A DNA stretch of 64,000 bases from Candidatus Hadarchaeota archaeon (GTDB taxonomy: Archaea; CAYQAE01; CAYVLA01): contig CAZUNO010000014.1 in the NCBI GenBank assembly GCA_964621445.1, positions 11,991 through 75,990 on the forward strand, in the 5' to 3' direction. Positions 20,365 through 30,274 of the stretch are shown one piece after another. The notes below the pieces were generated by a model that saw only the letters and a program-made list of their open reading frames with translations, made no database searches and had not been told where the DNA came from. A program made the position numbers and the translations under genes. Within the stretch, counting starts at the first letter, position 1; every line of letters begins with the position of its first letter.

Positions 20365-21423
20365 ATGATATACAAGAACGTTGAGCTCCACAACGTGGCC
20401 CAGGTCCGTAAGTTCGGTGACGGTCCGGGGGTTCGCCTGCAGAGAATCCCGGAAAGGGTTCGGAGAAACCTCAGTCCACGGGGACAGGAGAAGATGCTGG
20501 AACCGGCCTCGGCCGAGATTCGATTCCTGTGCGATGGGTCCAGTGCCCAGGTAAGCCTGTCCTCTCAGGGGATAACCGATTTACAGCTATTCCATGGTCC
20601 CTTCCAGACCACCACCACATTTAGGATAACCCAGGACATGGAGACCATCGAGGTCTCTATGCCCCCTGCCCTCACCTCTCTCCCGGAGAGATTCCGGAAA
20701 TCGATACCCTTTTCTCCCGAAGTCTACCGACTGGTTATGGGAGGTCCAAACAGGTCACCCATCGTATTTCACGGGGCCCGGGGGGAGAACCTTAGACCTC
20801 CCGGGAAGGAGAACCTTCCGAGCAAGCGGTATCTGGCCTACGGTACCTCGATTACCCACGGGGCACATGCCACAGGGGCCCATCTGAGCTATGCCAGCCA
20901 GACGGCAACCAGGCTGGGCGTGGACCTCATCAATCTTGGTTCGGGGGGATCGGCATTCTGCGAAAAGGAGATGGCGGATTACATCGCCGGTCGCGAGGAC
21001 TGGGATTTTGTCACCCTTTCCCTGTCGGTGAACATGATTGGGGGCGGCTTTTCGGTCCGGGAGTTCAGAGATAGGGTGTCCTACATGATCGAAACCATAG
21101 CCGGGAACAATTCCAAACGTCCCGTCGTGTGCATCACCATCCTCCCCCACGTTCGTGATATCCTCCCCGGATTCCCAACCGCGGTTGAGAAGGCGACCGC
21201 GGGTCAGTTCCGTCAGCAGCTGCGGGAAGCGGTGGCCGGTTGCGACAAGGGAAGAGTCCACCTGGTGGAGGGAAGTGATCTGCTGACCGGTATCGGGGGT
21301 CTAACCCCAGATCTGGTTCATCCCGGGGATAACGGGATGATCATGATCGGTGAGAACCTGGCGGGTAAGCTAAGCAAGATCCTGGAATCGGAACACCAAG
21401 ATGAGGATTCAAGCGGGGAGTGA
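20365..21423 (+). CDS. SGNH/GDSL hydrolase (esterase)
   Basis: YGTSITHG (block I), NLGSGG, SVN and DLVHP. Confidence 0.88.
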   Translation: MIYKNVELHNVAQVRKFGDGPGVRLQRIPERVRRNLSPRGQEKMLEPASAEIRFLCDGSSAQVSLSSQGITDLQLFHGPFQTTTTFRITQDMETIEVSMPPALTSLPERFRKSIPFSPEVYRLVMGGPNRSPIVFHGARGENLRPPGKENLPSKRYLAYGTSITHGAHATGAHLSYASQTATRLGVDLINLGSGGSAFCEKEMADYIAGREDWDFVTLSLSVNMIGGGFSVREFRDRVSYMIETIAGNNSKRPVVCITILPHVRDILPGFPTAVEKATAGQFRQQLREAVAGCDKGRVHLVEGSDLLTGIGGLTPDLVHPGDNGMIMIGENLAGKLSKILESEHQDEDSSGE

Positions 21424-21452
21424 ACCACGATTATTAGATATGGATTGAGAGA

Positions 21453-21840
21453 TTAGGCTAGTCTCTCTTTCCCGGAGTAAATCTCCTCCACATGAAGGAC
21501 CGCCGCCTCCTTGGGTTTCATATCCTGGTTATTGCTTTGGACCCATTCGACGCAGTCCTGGTAAACGGGTCCTTCGGTCTTCAATTCGACTTTTCCCTTA
21601 ACCTGGTAGCAATCGTCTATCGAATCTCCCCAGAAGGTCACGGCCATGACCGGGTTTGCATCCAGGTTCTTCCGGGTCTTATAGAAGAAGTTATCCGCGA
21701 GTTGCAGGGTCTCGTCGTCAAGAGACCTGAGGTAGGACACGTAGATCAGATTGGGCTTGCCCCCGGGTGATGCCGTGGCTACGGGGAACGGTTTCAGCTT
21801 GCCTATAATTCTCTATTACCTCTGTTGGTATCTTAGCCAT
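21453..21840 (-). pseudogene. Pyridoxamine 5'-phosphate oxidase family protein, frameshift near 21810
   Basis: MAKIPTEVIE / IIGKLKPFPVATASPGGKPNL...ADNFFYKTRKNL...YQVKG, with one extra base after codon 10. Confidence 0.8.
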
Positions 21841-21920
21841 TATCCAATGCTCCTTTTATCGTGGTGAGGGCCAACATCCATACCTCGATTCTTAAGTCTA
21901 ACCACAGAGTTCTGGTGGAT

Positions 21921-23960
21921 CTATCCCAGATTCAGTATGCGTGCCGATCTAGATTCCATGTCAAGCTCCAGATGAAGACGTTGACCAGAGAGCTGTGGGT
22001 TTTCTTCATCGAGATCCTCGTTTCGACATATCTCCCTGGCTCTATCCGCGGATAATCCCGATCTCTCGATAGGTATACCTATCCCCAGCTCGGTATCCAC
22101 GTCGCCCATGTTGCAGGCCGCTAGGCCAATCTGGCCCGAGGGGGACCGCCAGGTGGTGGCTCCTGCCACCGGCACGCGGATCTTCCACTCCCGATCCCAG
22201 AGCTTCCAGGTGGTTGTGATGGTTGAGGAGTCGGTCTCAGGCGGTCTCAGCATTCTGCCATAGGTCAAAAACTCCTTGCCCCGTAATCTGGTTTTGGCAA
22301 GGGACTTCAGGTACTCGGCCTCCGACCTGAATCCAGGCTTCAGGATATCTGGTCCCAACCACCCGAGCTGGGTGCCCCATAGGAACATCTGTGATACCTT
22401 AGACCGGAAGGGCCAGACTTTCTCCAGGTCCTCCGGAAAGATGTAGGCCCCGAAGAGTAGGATAAGGTCCCCGTAGACAGCTGGGTACATGGGAACCAGC
22501 TGACCCTCGGTTGAGTTGCACATGAGAAGGGCGTGCAGAAGATCGTTCCAGGGCTCGGCGTTGGACTCGGTAGTGATGAAGAAATCCGGGCGATCCGGGC
22601 TCAATTCCTCCCCTATTTCCTCAAGCATCTTCCTGTAACCCGCCACCCAGTAGGCGCCGCCTCCAAGGGGATGTCCATGCTCCTCATCCAAGCACAGGCT
22701 GGGCGCGGCCGCCGCGATCTGGTCCAGGTATACGCCGCTGACCCCATACTCACGGGCCAGTTCGGAGACTATTTCCTTGATCTTGTTTCTCCACAGTTGG
22801 GTTTGGGGACACATGGGGGAGAGGGGGACCCCCGACCCGTAGACCTCGCTATATGTGCTACCATCAGGCTTCTTTGTCGCGGCCTTCTGCGCCTCCTCAT
22901 TTTTCCAGCTGTCGGTTCCCGGGTCCCATAGCCTGGCGTTTATGTAGGGCATGACCCGTATCCCAGCCTTCACCAATCTTTCAACCCCTCGTCTAAAACC
23001 GGGCTTGGGCGGGAAGTACTCCGGGTAGTGGTCGTCAAAGGGAATACGGTGCCAGATATACCAGTGAAGGGCTACGGGTACCTCGAAGAATTCCGCGAAC
23101 TCCAGCACATCGGGGACGACATCATCGGCCTCTCCCGAGGTACGGCACCAGAGGCAGATATCGTTTAGCCCCCCTGGTATCTCCCTGCGGTGAAGGGGAC
23201 CGGCAGAGCACCACTTCCTCTTTACAGCCCAACGGCGATACCTACTGGCAACATCGTACCAGTTCCCATCGACGATGTCAACGAGACTACTGTAGGGAAG
23301 GCTGAAGGACCGCCTATCCGGCCCCATGTCCGGGACCGGTAGCTTGAAGCTGGCCATTGGCCCTCGCCCGAAAATCAGGTGCTTCGTGCGGTTTTCCGGG
23401 TCATGACACCCGAGATAAAGCGAGCTGGAGTCGATATTCCAGGAAAGGAACTGCATGTTACACCTGTGCGATGGGTATCTACCCTCGTACTCCAAATCCT
23501 CATCGAAGGGCATTGACTTGCCGTATCCCCAGGGCGCATATAGATTCCCTTTCCCCTGGAGCCCACTTACCATCGGGAACTGGACCTCCCAGAGCCTCGC
23601 CCCTTTCCCAAAACGGGATTCGAATTCTAGACGAAGGCCCTCCCCAGTATCGATCTCCCCCCTCACCCTCACGGTTGCTGGAATCCCGTTGACATCGAGG
23701 GAATCCCATATAATCTCGAAAGCCTCTCCATTACGCCTGGCGGAGGCGGGAAGTCCGGAACTGGAGACCTCTTTGATCTCCTTATCATCCCTAAAACTCA
23801 ATGTCCACAGGGGGTCTTCCGGTGATCCCCTGACCAAATCGAGATCCCGTTTCCTGTCCGATACCGAATGCAGGTACCGGCCCTCTCTATTTGAGGAGAG
23901 GGTAACCCTCATTCGGTTGTTGCTAAGATGGATGTCCTCTTCCGGGTCAATATCCTCCAT
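21921..23960 (-). CDS. DUF6259-like putative glycoside hydrolase
   Basis: FDDHYPEYFP, PYINARLWD, MCP..W, GVYLDQI and H.HPLGGG motifs. Confidence 0.75.
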   Translation of the reverse strand: MEDIDPEEDIHLSNNRMRVTLSSNREGRYLHSVSDRKRDLDLVRGSPEDPLWTLSFRDDKEIKEVSSSGLPASARRNGEAFEIIWDSLDVNGIPATVRVRGEIDTGEGLRLEFESRFGKGARLWEVQFPMVSGLQGKGNLYAPWGYGKSMPFDEDLEYEGRYPSHRCNMQFLSWNIDSSSLYLGCHDPENRTKHLIFGRGPMASFKLPVPDMGPDRRSFSLPYSSLVDIVDGNWYDVASRYRRWAVKRKWCSAGPLHRREIPGGLNDICLWCRTSGEADDVVPDVLEFAEFFEVPVALHWYIWHRIPFDDHYPEYFPPKPGFRRGVERLVKAGIRVMPYINARLWDPGTDSWKNEEAQKAATKKPDGSTYSEVYGSGVPLSPMCPQTQLWRNKIKEIVSELAREYGVSGVYLDQIAAAAPSLCLDEEHGHPLGGGAYWVAGYRKMLEEIGEELSPDRPDFFITTESNAEPWNDLLHALLMCNSTEGQLVPMYPAVYGDLILLFGAYIFPEDLEKVWPFRSKVSQMFLWGTQLGWLGPDILKPGFRSEAEYLKSLAKTRLRGKEFLTYGRMLRPPETDSSTITTTWKLWDREWKIRVPVAGATTWRSPSGQIGLAACNMGDVDTELGIGIPIERSGLSADRAREICRNEDLDEENPQLSGQRLHLELDMESRSARILNLG

Positions 23961-24093
23961 CGTCTCACCTTCGCGCTAGGGAAAGACGTTTTTGAGGGTT
24001 CATTTGGGGATATAAGTTTCATCCAAAGGCAAAACACTTCAGGCCCCGGCAAGGAGCTTTTCTGTAAATGGTCGCTCTGCGGAGAGGATATGC

Positions 24094-24264
24094 TTGGTAA
24101 AGGATCTCAGGGAAAAGGTACAGTGGTGCCCGTTGGTAAGCGCCTGTCCTAGATGGGATAGCGGTAGCGAGAAATGCATGTGTCCCCTGGTCAGGGAGAT
24201 GCTGAAGACCGCGCAGGGCAAGGAGGTCTGGAGGAGAATGGTCGATGGCCAGGATCTGGATTGA
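24094..24264 (+). CDS. Small Cys-rich hypothetical protein (56 aa)
   Basis: Not in the ORF track. GGAGAGG precedes the TTG start. Translates to MVKDLREKVQWCPLVSACPRWDSGSEKCMCPLVREMLKTAQGKEVWRRMVDGQDLD. Confidence 0.5.
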   Translation: MVKDLREKVQWCPLVSACPRWDSGSEKCMCPLVREMLKTAQGKEVWRRMVDGQDLD

Positions 24265-24329
24265 TTGCCCCGGCAAGAATCAATACCATCTATAAAAGAC
24301 GCCCCTTGACCACCAAGAGGTAGATACGC

Positions 24330-25622
24330 ATGGCCAATGAGACCGATAGGCCCAACATCCTCTTCATCCTGTCAGACGATCACGGATATGGTGACCTGTC
24401 ATCATACGACGGTTCAAACATCCAGACTCCCAACATGGACCGCATCTCTCGCGACGGTATGAGGTTCTCCCACTTCTATGCCAATTCATCGGTCTGTTCA
24501 CCCAGTCGAGCCTCCCTGATGACCGGTCGATACCCGGACCGGGTTGGGGTCCCAGGAGTGATCCGCACCCATGCAGAGAACAGCTGGGGGTATTTCAGCC
24601 AGGACGCGATTACCCTTCCTGAAATGCTGAACCAGGCCGGGTACAGGAGCTTGATGGTGGGCAAGTGGCACCTGGGCCTGGAGCCCGAAAACCACCCCTG
24701 CCGACGTGGATTCTCGAGCTTCCGGGGCTTCCTGGGAGACATGATGGACGACTACTACACCCATCTAAGGCACGGCTATAATTACATGAGGGACGGGGAG
24801 ACCGAGGTCAAGCCCAGGGGCCACGCCACGGATATTTTCACCAGGTGGGCGGTGGAGACCCTAAACGATCAGAAGAACTCGAACTCCCCCTTCTTCCTCT
24901 ACCTTGCCTACAACGCGCCACACACCCCGATTCAACCGCCCGAGGAATGGGTGAAACGGGTCCGCAGAAGGGAACCGGACGCCCCTGCTGACAGGATTAA
25001 CTACGCGGCTCTGGTGGAACACATGGACCATGGTATAGGTCAGGTCCTCGACGCCCTCGAAAACACCGGGCAGCTGGAGAACACCCTGGTCTTCTATGCC
25101 TCCGATAACGGGGGATTGTTGAGGGCCGGTGCCAGCAACGGGCCGCTACGGGGGAATAAGGGGGACATGTACGAGGGTGGGATCAGGGTCCCGGCTTGCG
25201 CCATGTGGCCCGGCCATATCCCCGAAAACTCGGTCACCGATCATGTCTCGATGCTCATGGACATACTTCCAACCTTTTGCAAACTAACGGGGGCGGAGTT
25301 GGACCATGAGATCGAGGGTTCCTCGATTCTGGGTACTCTACTTGGGGAAGGTCATAACCCCTCACCACGTACCCTGTACTGGTTGAGAAGGGATGGCTAC
25401 CAGCGTTTCCAGGGATTGTGCCAGCACGCGGTCAGAAAGGGGGATCTCAAGCTTCTACATAATGGCCCATTCGAACCCCTTGAGTTATTTGACCTGGAAT
25501 CCGAACAGGGTGAACGAGAGGAGATCTCGGATATGCGGGAGGAGGAGTTCCAGGACCTGTCCTCTATACTGAGGGAACATATACACGCCGCTGGTTCCGT
25601 GCCCTGGCAGAAGCGGAAATAA
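24330..25622 (+). CDS. Arylsulfatase-like sulfatase (Cys-type)
   Basis: RPNILFILSDD, CSPSRASLMTG, GKWHLG, APHTP and SDNG motifs. Confidence 0.93.
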   Translation: MANETDRPNILFILSDDHGYGDLSSYDGSNIQTPNMDRISRDGMRFSHFYANSSVCSPSRASLMTGRYPDRVGVPGVIRTHAENSWGYFSQDAITLPEMLNQAGYRSLMVGKWHLGLEPENHPCRRGFSSFRGFLGDMMDDYYTHLRHGYNYMRDGETEVKPRGHATDIFTRWAVETLNDQKNSNSPFFLYLAYNAPHTPIQPPEEWVKRVRRREPDAPADRINYAALVEHMDHGIGQVLDALENTGQLENTLVFYASDNGGLLRAGASNGPLRGNKGDMYEGGIRVPACAMWPGHIPENSVTDHVSMLMDILPTFCKLTGAELDHEIEGSSILGTLLGEGHNPSPRTLYWLRRDGYQRFQGLCQHAVRKGDLKLLHNGPFEPLELFDLESEQGEREEISDMREEEFQDLSSILREHIHAAGSVPWQKRK

Positions 25623-25652
25623 CTCCCCTACTTCTCTTTAGGCTGGTATGGG

Positions 25653-25997
25653 TCATAATTGTAAGGAGTCAAGCTTTTCAATGGTCTTTTCGACGATCAC
25701 CCTCTGGTTATTGAAATGCTTGCCCATCCTGTTGATGAAGGCCTTCTTGTCCTCAGGGGTGTCATAGTAATCCATTAAATCCAGAGTCATCTGCAGGTTT
25801 TTCTCTATCTCTTCCCCGACCTTTTCGCTATCGTGCCTGACTGCGTCCTGGGGGCAGACATCGTGGCATTTTCCACATCGGATGCACTCGGTCATGTCTA
25901 TGCTAGCAGCGTCATCCGCTAGAGCTATGGCACCTGTCGGGCATTCGTCCACGCATACTCCACACGAGATACAGTCGTCTTTCTTTATCCAGGGCAT
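25653..25997 (-). CDS. 2x[4Fe-4S] ferredoxin-domain protein
   Basis: CISCGVCVDECP and CIRCGKCHDVCP, with a helical tail. Confidence 0.88.
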   Translation of the reverse strand: MPWIKKDDCISCGVCVDECPTGAIALADDAASIDMTECIRCGKCHDVCPQDAVRHDSEKVGEEIEKNLQMTLDLMDYYDTPEDKKAFINRMGKHFNNQRVIVEKTIEKLDSLQL

Positions 25998-26054
25998 GTG
26001 TAATGCCGACTCCGGGCACATTTAAGTGTGCCTATGCACGAAAGTGCCCTGGAT

Positions 26055-26324
26055 ATGATGGAGGTAAGAAAGGAGCTATGTCGAGGCTGTGGGCTGTGCG
26101 TGAACGCCTGCCCCAGGGGAGCTATCACCGTGGAATCGGGAAAGGCCGAGATATCCCGGGAACTATGCGACGAGTGCATGTCCTGTGTGACCGCATGTCC
26201 CAATAGGGCAATAGTCAATATCTCCCAGGAACCCCTGAAGGATACGGCCATGGAGTTATCCCGGATTGAGGCCCAGTTGAAGAGGATGAGGACACGGCTG
26301 GCACGTTTAGAGCGGTATGGATAG
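26055..26324 (+). CDS. 2x[4Fe-4S] ferredoxin-domain protein
   Basis: CRGCGLCVNACP and CDECMSCVTACP, with a coiled-coil tail. Confidence 0.85.
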   Translation: MMEVRKELCRGCGLCVNACPRGAITVESGKAEISRELCDECMSCVTACPNRAIVNISQEPLKDTAMELSRIEAQLKRMRTRLARLERYG

Positions 26325-26342
26325 GTAGCCCGATACATTTTT

Positions 26343-26831
26343 TCATCCCTGGACCAGGTATTTGGTTTCCTCCCATATCTCGGGGTGATCCCTGATGAGG
26401 GCGCCGTCTGCCATTTCATTCCAGGCATAGAGATAGATGTAGGGAGGGGAATATTTGCTGCACAGGGATTATAGCGTTTCCGGCCGCTCAACCAGGATAT
26501 CTCCCTCCACGGGGGTTATGAAGGCAGTTATCCTGCCGGGGAATAGCCGCTCAAATAGGGATAGCTCGGCCTCCATGCACAGCTTCACCTCCTGGGGAGA
26601 CTTACAGTAGAGATCATTGCTTACTACGAAGTTATCGGCGTTACCCCTCCCCCTGGAAATCTGGCACTTAGTGAGGCTCGATCGGCCTGGGGTGACAGAG
26701 CCATCTGGATAAACTTCCTTCAGCCCATATTCTTCAGGGGCAAAAAGGGTATAGAGGACTATACAAAATCCATGCTTGGGACATTTCGGAGGATATCCAT
26801 CCCGACCACTACAGAAAGGGGATGCTTTCAC
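26343..26831 (-). pseudogene. Decayed hypothetical gene (possible glycoside-hydrolase C-terminal fragment)
   Basis: The ORF continues in frame past TAA 26469 as SLCSKYSPPYIYLYAWNEMADG... Confidence 0.4.
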
Positions 26832-26965
26832 TTACCCGGGTAATACAGTCCCATGGCAGATTGCCCCTGGAGATTGAGGAGGGATAAGTGGAAAACCACC
26901 CTGAGCGGTGGAGGTCTGCATTTCACTTTTCAGCAATGGAATTGATACCATACAAGGTGTACTTC

Positions 26966-27514
26966 ATGGATATAGACAAATCTTCTTTTTACAAGATGAT
27001 CGCACCTCGCCCTACGGTATGTGTGTGTACGAAGACCCCCAGCGGAACCAGGAATATCGGGCCCTACAGTTTCGTGATGCCCGTTTCCTTCAACCCGCCC
27101 CTTATCGCCGTCTCTGTGGGTAAGGGCAAGGACTCGCTGCTCAATGCCAGAGAGACGGGGAGCTTCGTGGTGGCCCCGGTTACCGCGGATTGGAGAATAA
27201 AGGGAATCAGGACTGAGGTCAAACTGGAAAGGGAACAGAGCGAGTTCGATGAGATCGGCCTGGAGCCCATCGATTCAAGCAAGGTCGATGCCCCCAGCGT
27301 AAAGGACGCTCCCATAAACATAGAATGCAACTATTGGGATGATTTTGAATGTGGTGATCACTCGGTCCTGGTGGGAGAGGTCGTCGCGATAACCGCCAAA
27401 GAGGGTTCAATCAACAACCAAAGACTCAATATAGAGGACCTTGGATCGGTCGGTCATATAGGCGGCGAGGAGTTCTGCATATCGGACTCGGTGACCATTA
27501 TATCCAGGGACTAG
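26966..27514 (+). CDS. Flavin reductase family protein
   Basis: PRP, NIGPYS, PPLIAVS, KDSLLN, NIEC and GDH motifs. Confidence 0.9.
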   Translation: MDIDKSSFYKMIAPRPTVCVCTKTPSGTRNIGPYSFVMPVSFNPPLIAVSVGKGKDSLLNARETGSFVVAPVTADWRIKGIRTEVKLEREQSEFDEIGLEPIDSSKVDAPSVKDAPINIECNYWDDFECGDHSVLVGEVVAITAKEGSINNQRLNIEDLGSVGHIGGEEFCISDSVTIISRD

Positions 27515-28914
27515 ATCTCGGGGCAGTGGCGCATCGAGTACTGGGATTCCATTAACCTGCACAACAAGCGGTCACGAAGGTCGCTCGGGTCCTGATCCCC
27601 GATGAGGTTATGCTGTTCCTGGAGATCGTCCCTAAGTTGGTAAAGCATGAATGGTGATCCATCCTCCCTGATGGCATACTTCCGCTCTCTGGTCCTCAGG
27701 CATGCCCTCCTCTCACCGGCATGAAGGACCTCGCTGAGCTGTTCGGTTCGCAGGTGATCGGATTCGCCGCTGAGTACGGGGTTGAGAGACCTTCCCAGGG
27801 ATCGTTCAGAGGCTTCCAGTCCCAGGGAATCTAGGATTGTCGGGAAGATATCCACCGTCTCGGCCAGCACATCGGAGGTCTCACCATCCTGGAAATGTCC
27901 TGGCCAGCTCATTATCAACGGTACTCGCATGCTACTTTCGTGGAAGGTGGACTTGAAAACCCGGCGGTGATCCCCGAGCATCTCTCCGTGATCGGACCAG
28001 AACACGACCATGGTGTCCTCCAGCATGTTCCTCTCCTGGAGGGCGCCCAGTATCTGGCCTATCCAGTGGTCGATGAGGGAGATCTTGCCGAAGTAGTTAG
28101 CCTGGATCTTACTAATGTTCTCGGGAGTGGTGGAGCCCTTGGGCTGGAAGTCGTCCATATCCCGGGTCTCCGGGGGCAGATCCCGGTTTTCCTGGGGCCA
28201 GGGTATGGGGTCGGGGGTCTTATCCTCGTCGTACATTTCAGCGTACTCACCTGGAGCGTCCCATGGTTCATGGGGACCGGGAAAACCGACGAAAAGGCAC
28301 ATTGGCCTCTGGTCCTCGTATTCCCCGACGTATTTGGTGGCCTTATCGCCCACATAGCTATCCAGAAAGAGATCGGGGGGGAGGGGGCTGGGCTTTACCA
28401 TTAGGGGCTTTTCCTTCCTCGCTTCCCTCCTCTGCTGGTAGTCCCGTTTGAAGGCCTCATAGAGCCCGTGTTCCTCCAGGCGGTCGGTCATGTAGCTCCT
28501 CATGCCGGTGGTGGCCCACGGCCCGGTGACCTCGTGAACATACTCCAACCCCCGGGCGTGCATATAGTCCTCGTAGTTCCTCATGTGATCTCCTCCATGG
28601 GGGTAGTAATGGGATTTGCCTATGTGAGCGGTGCAGTACCCGGCTCTCTGAAGGTGGTGGAAGAGGCTCTCGTCATTGGCCGGGAGACAGCCGCTGTTGC
28701 GCCACATGCCGTGGTTGTGAGGATAGCGTGAGCTTATGAAGGAGGCCCGTGCGGGCATACAGACCGGGCTCACGCTGGCCGCCTGGGTGAATCTGGTGCC
28801 CTGGGAGGCTATGCTATCCAGGTTTGGAGTCTTCATCTGGGGGTGTCCGGCGCAGGAAAGGCAGTCGGCCCTGAACTGGTCGGGCATCAGTATCAATATG
28901 TTTGGTCTGGGCAT
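27511..28914 (-). CDS. Sulfatase (Cys-type)
   Basis: RPNILILMPDQ, CMPARAS, GKSH, GPHEP and SDHG motifs. Confidence 0.92.
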   Translation of the reverse strand: MPRPNILILMPDQFRADCLSCAGHPQMKTPNLDSIASQGTRFTQAASVSPVCMPARASFISSRYPHNHGMWRNSGCLPANDESLFHHLQRAGYCTAHIGKSHYYPHGGDHMRNYEDYMHARGLEYVHEVTGPWATTGMRSYMTDRLEEHGLYEAFKRDYQQRREARKEKPLMVKPSPLPPDLFLDSYVGDKATKYVGEYEDQRPMCLFVGFPGPHEPWDAPGEYAEMYDEDKTPDPIPWPQENRDLPPETRDMDDFQPKGSTTPENISKIQANYFGKISLIDHWIGQILGALQERNMLEDTMVVFWSDHGEMLGDHRRVFKSTFHESSMRVPLIMSWPGHFQDGETSDVLAETVDIFPTILDSLGLEASERSLGRSLNPVLSGESDHLRTEQLSEVLHAGERRACLRTRERKYAIREDGSPFMLYQLRDDLQEQHNLIGDQDPSDLRDRLLCRLMESQYSMRHCPEI

Positions 28915-29013
28915 TGGGATAACTCCACGCTGGTTCCTTAAGTTTGGTTCCCTGATGGAATACAGAGAGGGAAAACGTTTTACCCCCGGAGGTCACAGGG
29001 ATGGAGTGATTCA

Positions 29014-30270
29014 ATGTCAAAGCGGCTAGCCATCAACGGGGGACCACCCGCGGTCCCCGAGGGGACGGTCAGGAAATGGCCTCCCATTGACGAGACTGAT
29101 CGACGAATGGTGATGTCCTCCTTGGAGGGTGAAAACCACGCCTTCGGTCCCAACTGTGCAGTATTTCAGGAAGAATTCGCGGAGTGGAATGGAAACCAAT
29201 ACGCGGTGTCCACCAATTCGGGCACCGCCGCCCTACACATGGGGGTGGCAGCCTGCGGGTGTGGCCCTGGTGACGAGGTCATCGTTCCAGCCTATACCTG
29301 GTCATCATCCGCGACCTGTGTGCTGCACCACAATGCCATACCGGTTTTCGTGGATATCGATTTCGATTCCATGAACCTGGATGTTGAGCTGCTGGAGGAG
29401 GCGGTGACTCCCCGGACCAAGGCCATAGTGGCAGTCCACCTTCACGGACTGCCCGCAGATATGGACCCCATTCTGAAGATCGCCGAGAGACACGGTATCA
29501 AGGTAATAGAGGATGCGTGTCAGGCTCACGGCGCGGTTTACAAGGGCGAGAGGGTGGGGACCCTTGGTCACTGCGCGGCCTTCAGCTTCAACCAGAACAA
29601 GTCTCTGTGCTCGGGGGAGGGAGGGATGTTCGTCACCGATGATGAGGCTCTGTTGGAAAGGGCGAAACAGGTGTGGTCGTTCGGGGAGACGCGGACGCCT
29701 CTGGAGGATAGGGACTATCACGCCTACGCCCTGGGCTGGATGTACAGGAATAATGACCTGACCGCAGCATTTGGACGCTCCCAATTGGCCAAACTGGACG
29801 ACTACCTTGAGCAACAAAGGAGTAATGCCCGGTTCCTCAGCGGATGCCTGGAGGATGTTCCGGGCCTCATACTTCCCAGGGAATCCGAGACCAGCCAGCA
29901 TAGCTGGTACAACTATACCCTTAGATTTGACATGGAGTATTTGGGCCATGCAGGGGACCCTGCCCCTTTCAGGGACAGGATAGTGAAGGCCCTGAAGGCC
30001 GAGGGTGTTGAGACCGGGGTTTGGCAGGGATTTATCCTGCCCGAGATGACGGTATTTAGGGCCAAAAATGGGTACGGTTCGGGGTGTCCCTGGTCGTGTC
30101 CGCAAGCCGTGAGTGTGGAGTACGACCCGGATTCATTCCCGGTGGCCAGGAGACACTGTGCGTCCCACACGGGGATGACCAGACCGCTTAGATCGCCCAA
30201 CGATCGGGAGACGGTGGAGCTTACCGCCAAAGGTATAAGGAAGGTTATGGAGAACATCGAGCGTATATGA
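29014..30270 (+). CDS. DegT/DnrJ/EryC1/StrS PLP-dependent aminotransferase
   Basis: SGTAALH, GDEVIVP, EDACQAHG and SFNQNKSLCSGEGG motifs. Confidence 0.92.
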   Translation: MSKRLAINGGPPAVPEGTVRKWPPIDETDRRMVMSSLEGENHAFGPNCAVFQEEFAEWNGNQYAVSTNSGTAALHMGVAACGCGPGDEVIVPAYTWSSSATCVLHHNAIPVFVDIDFDSMNLDVELLEEAVTPRTKAIVAVHLHGLPADMDPILKIAERHGIKVIEDACQAHGAVYKGERVGTLGHCAAFSFNQNKSLCSGEGGMFVTDDEALLERAKQVWSFGETRTPLEDRDYHAYALGWMYRNNDLTAAFGRSQLAKLDDYLEQQRSNARFLSGCLEDVPGLILPRESETSQHSWYNYTLRFDMEYLGHAGDPAPFRDRIVKALKAEGVETGVWQGFILPEMTVFRAKNGYGSGCPWSCPQAVSVEYDPDSFPVARRHCASHTGMTRPLRSPNDRETVELTAKGIRKVMENIERI

Positions 30271-30274
30271 TCGA

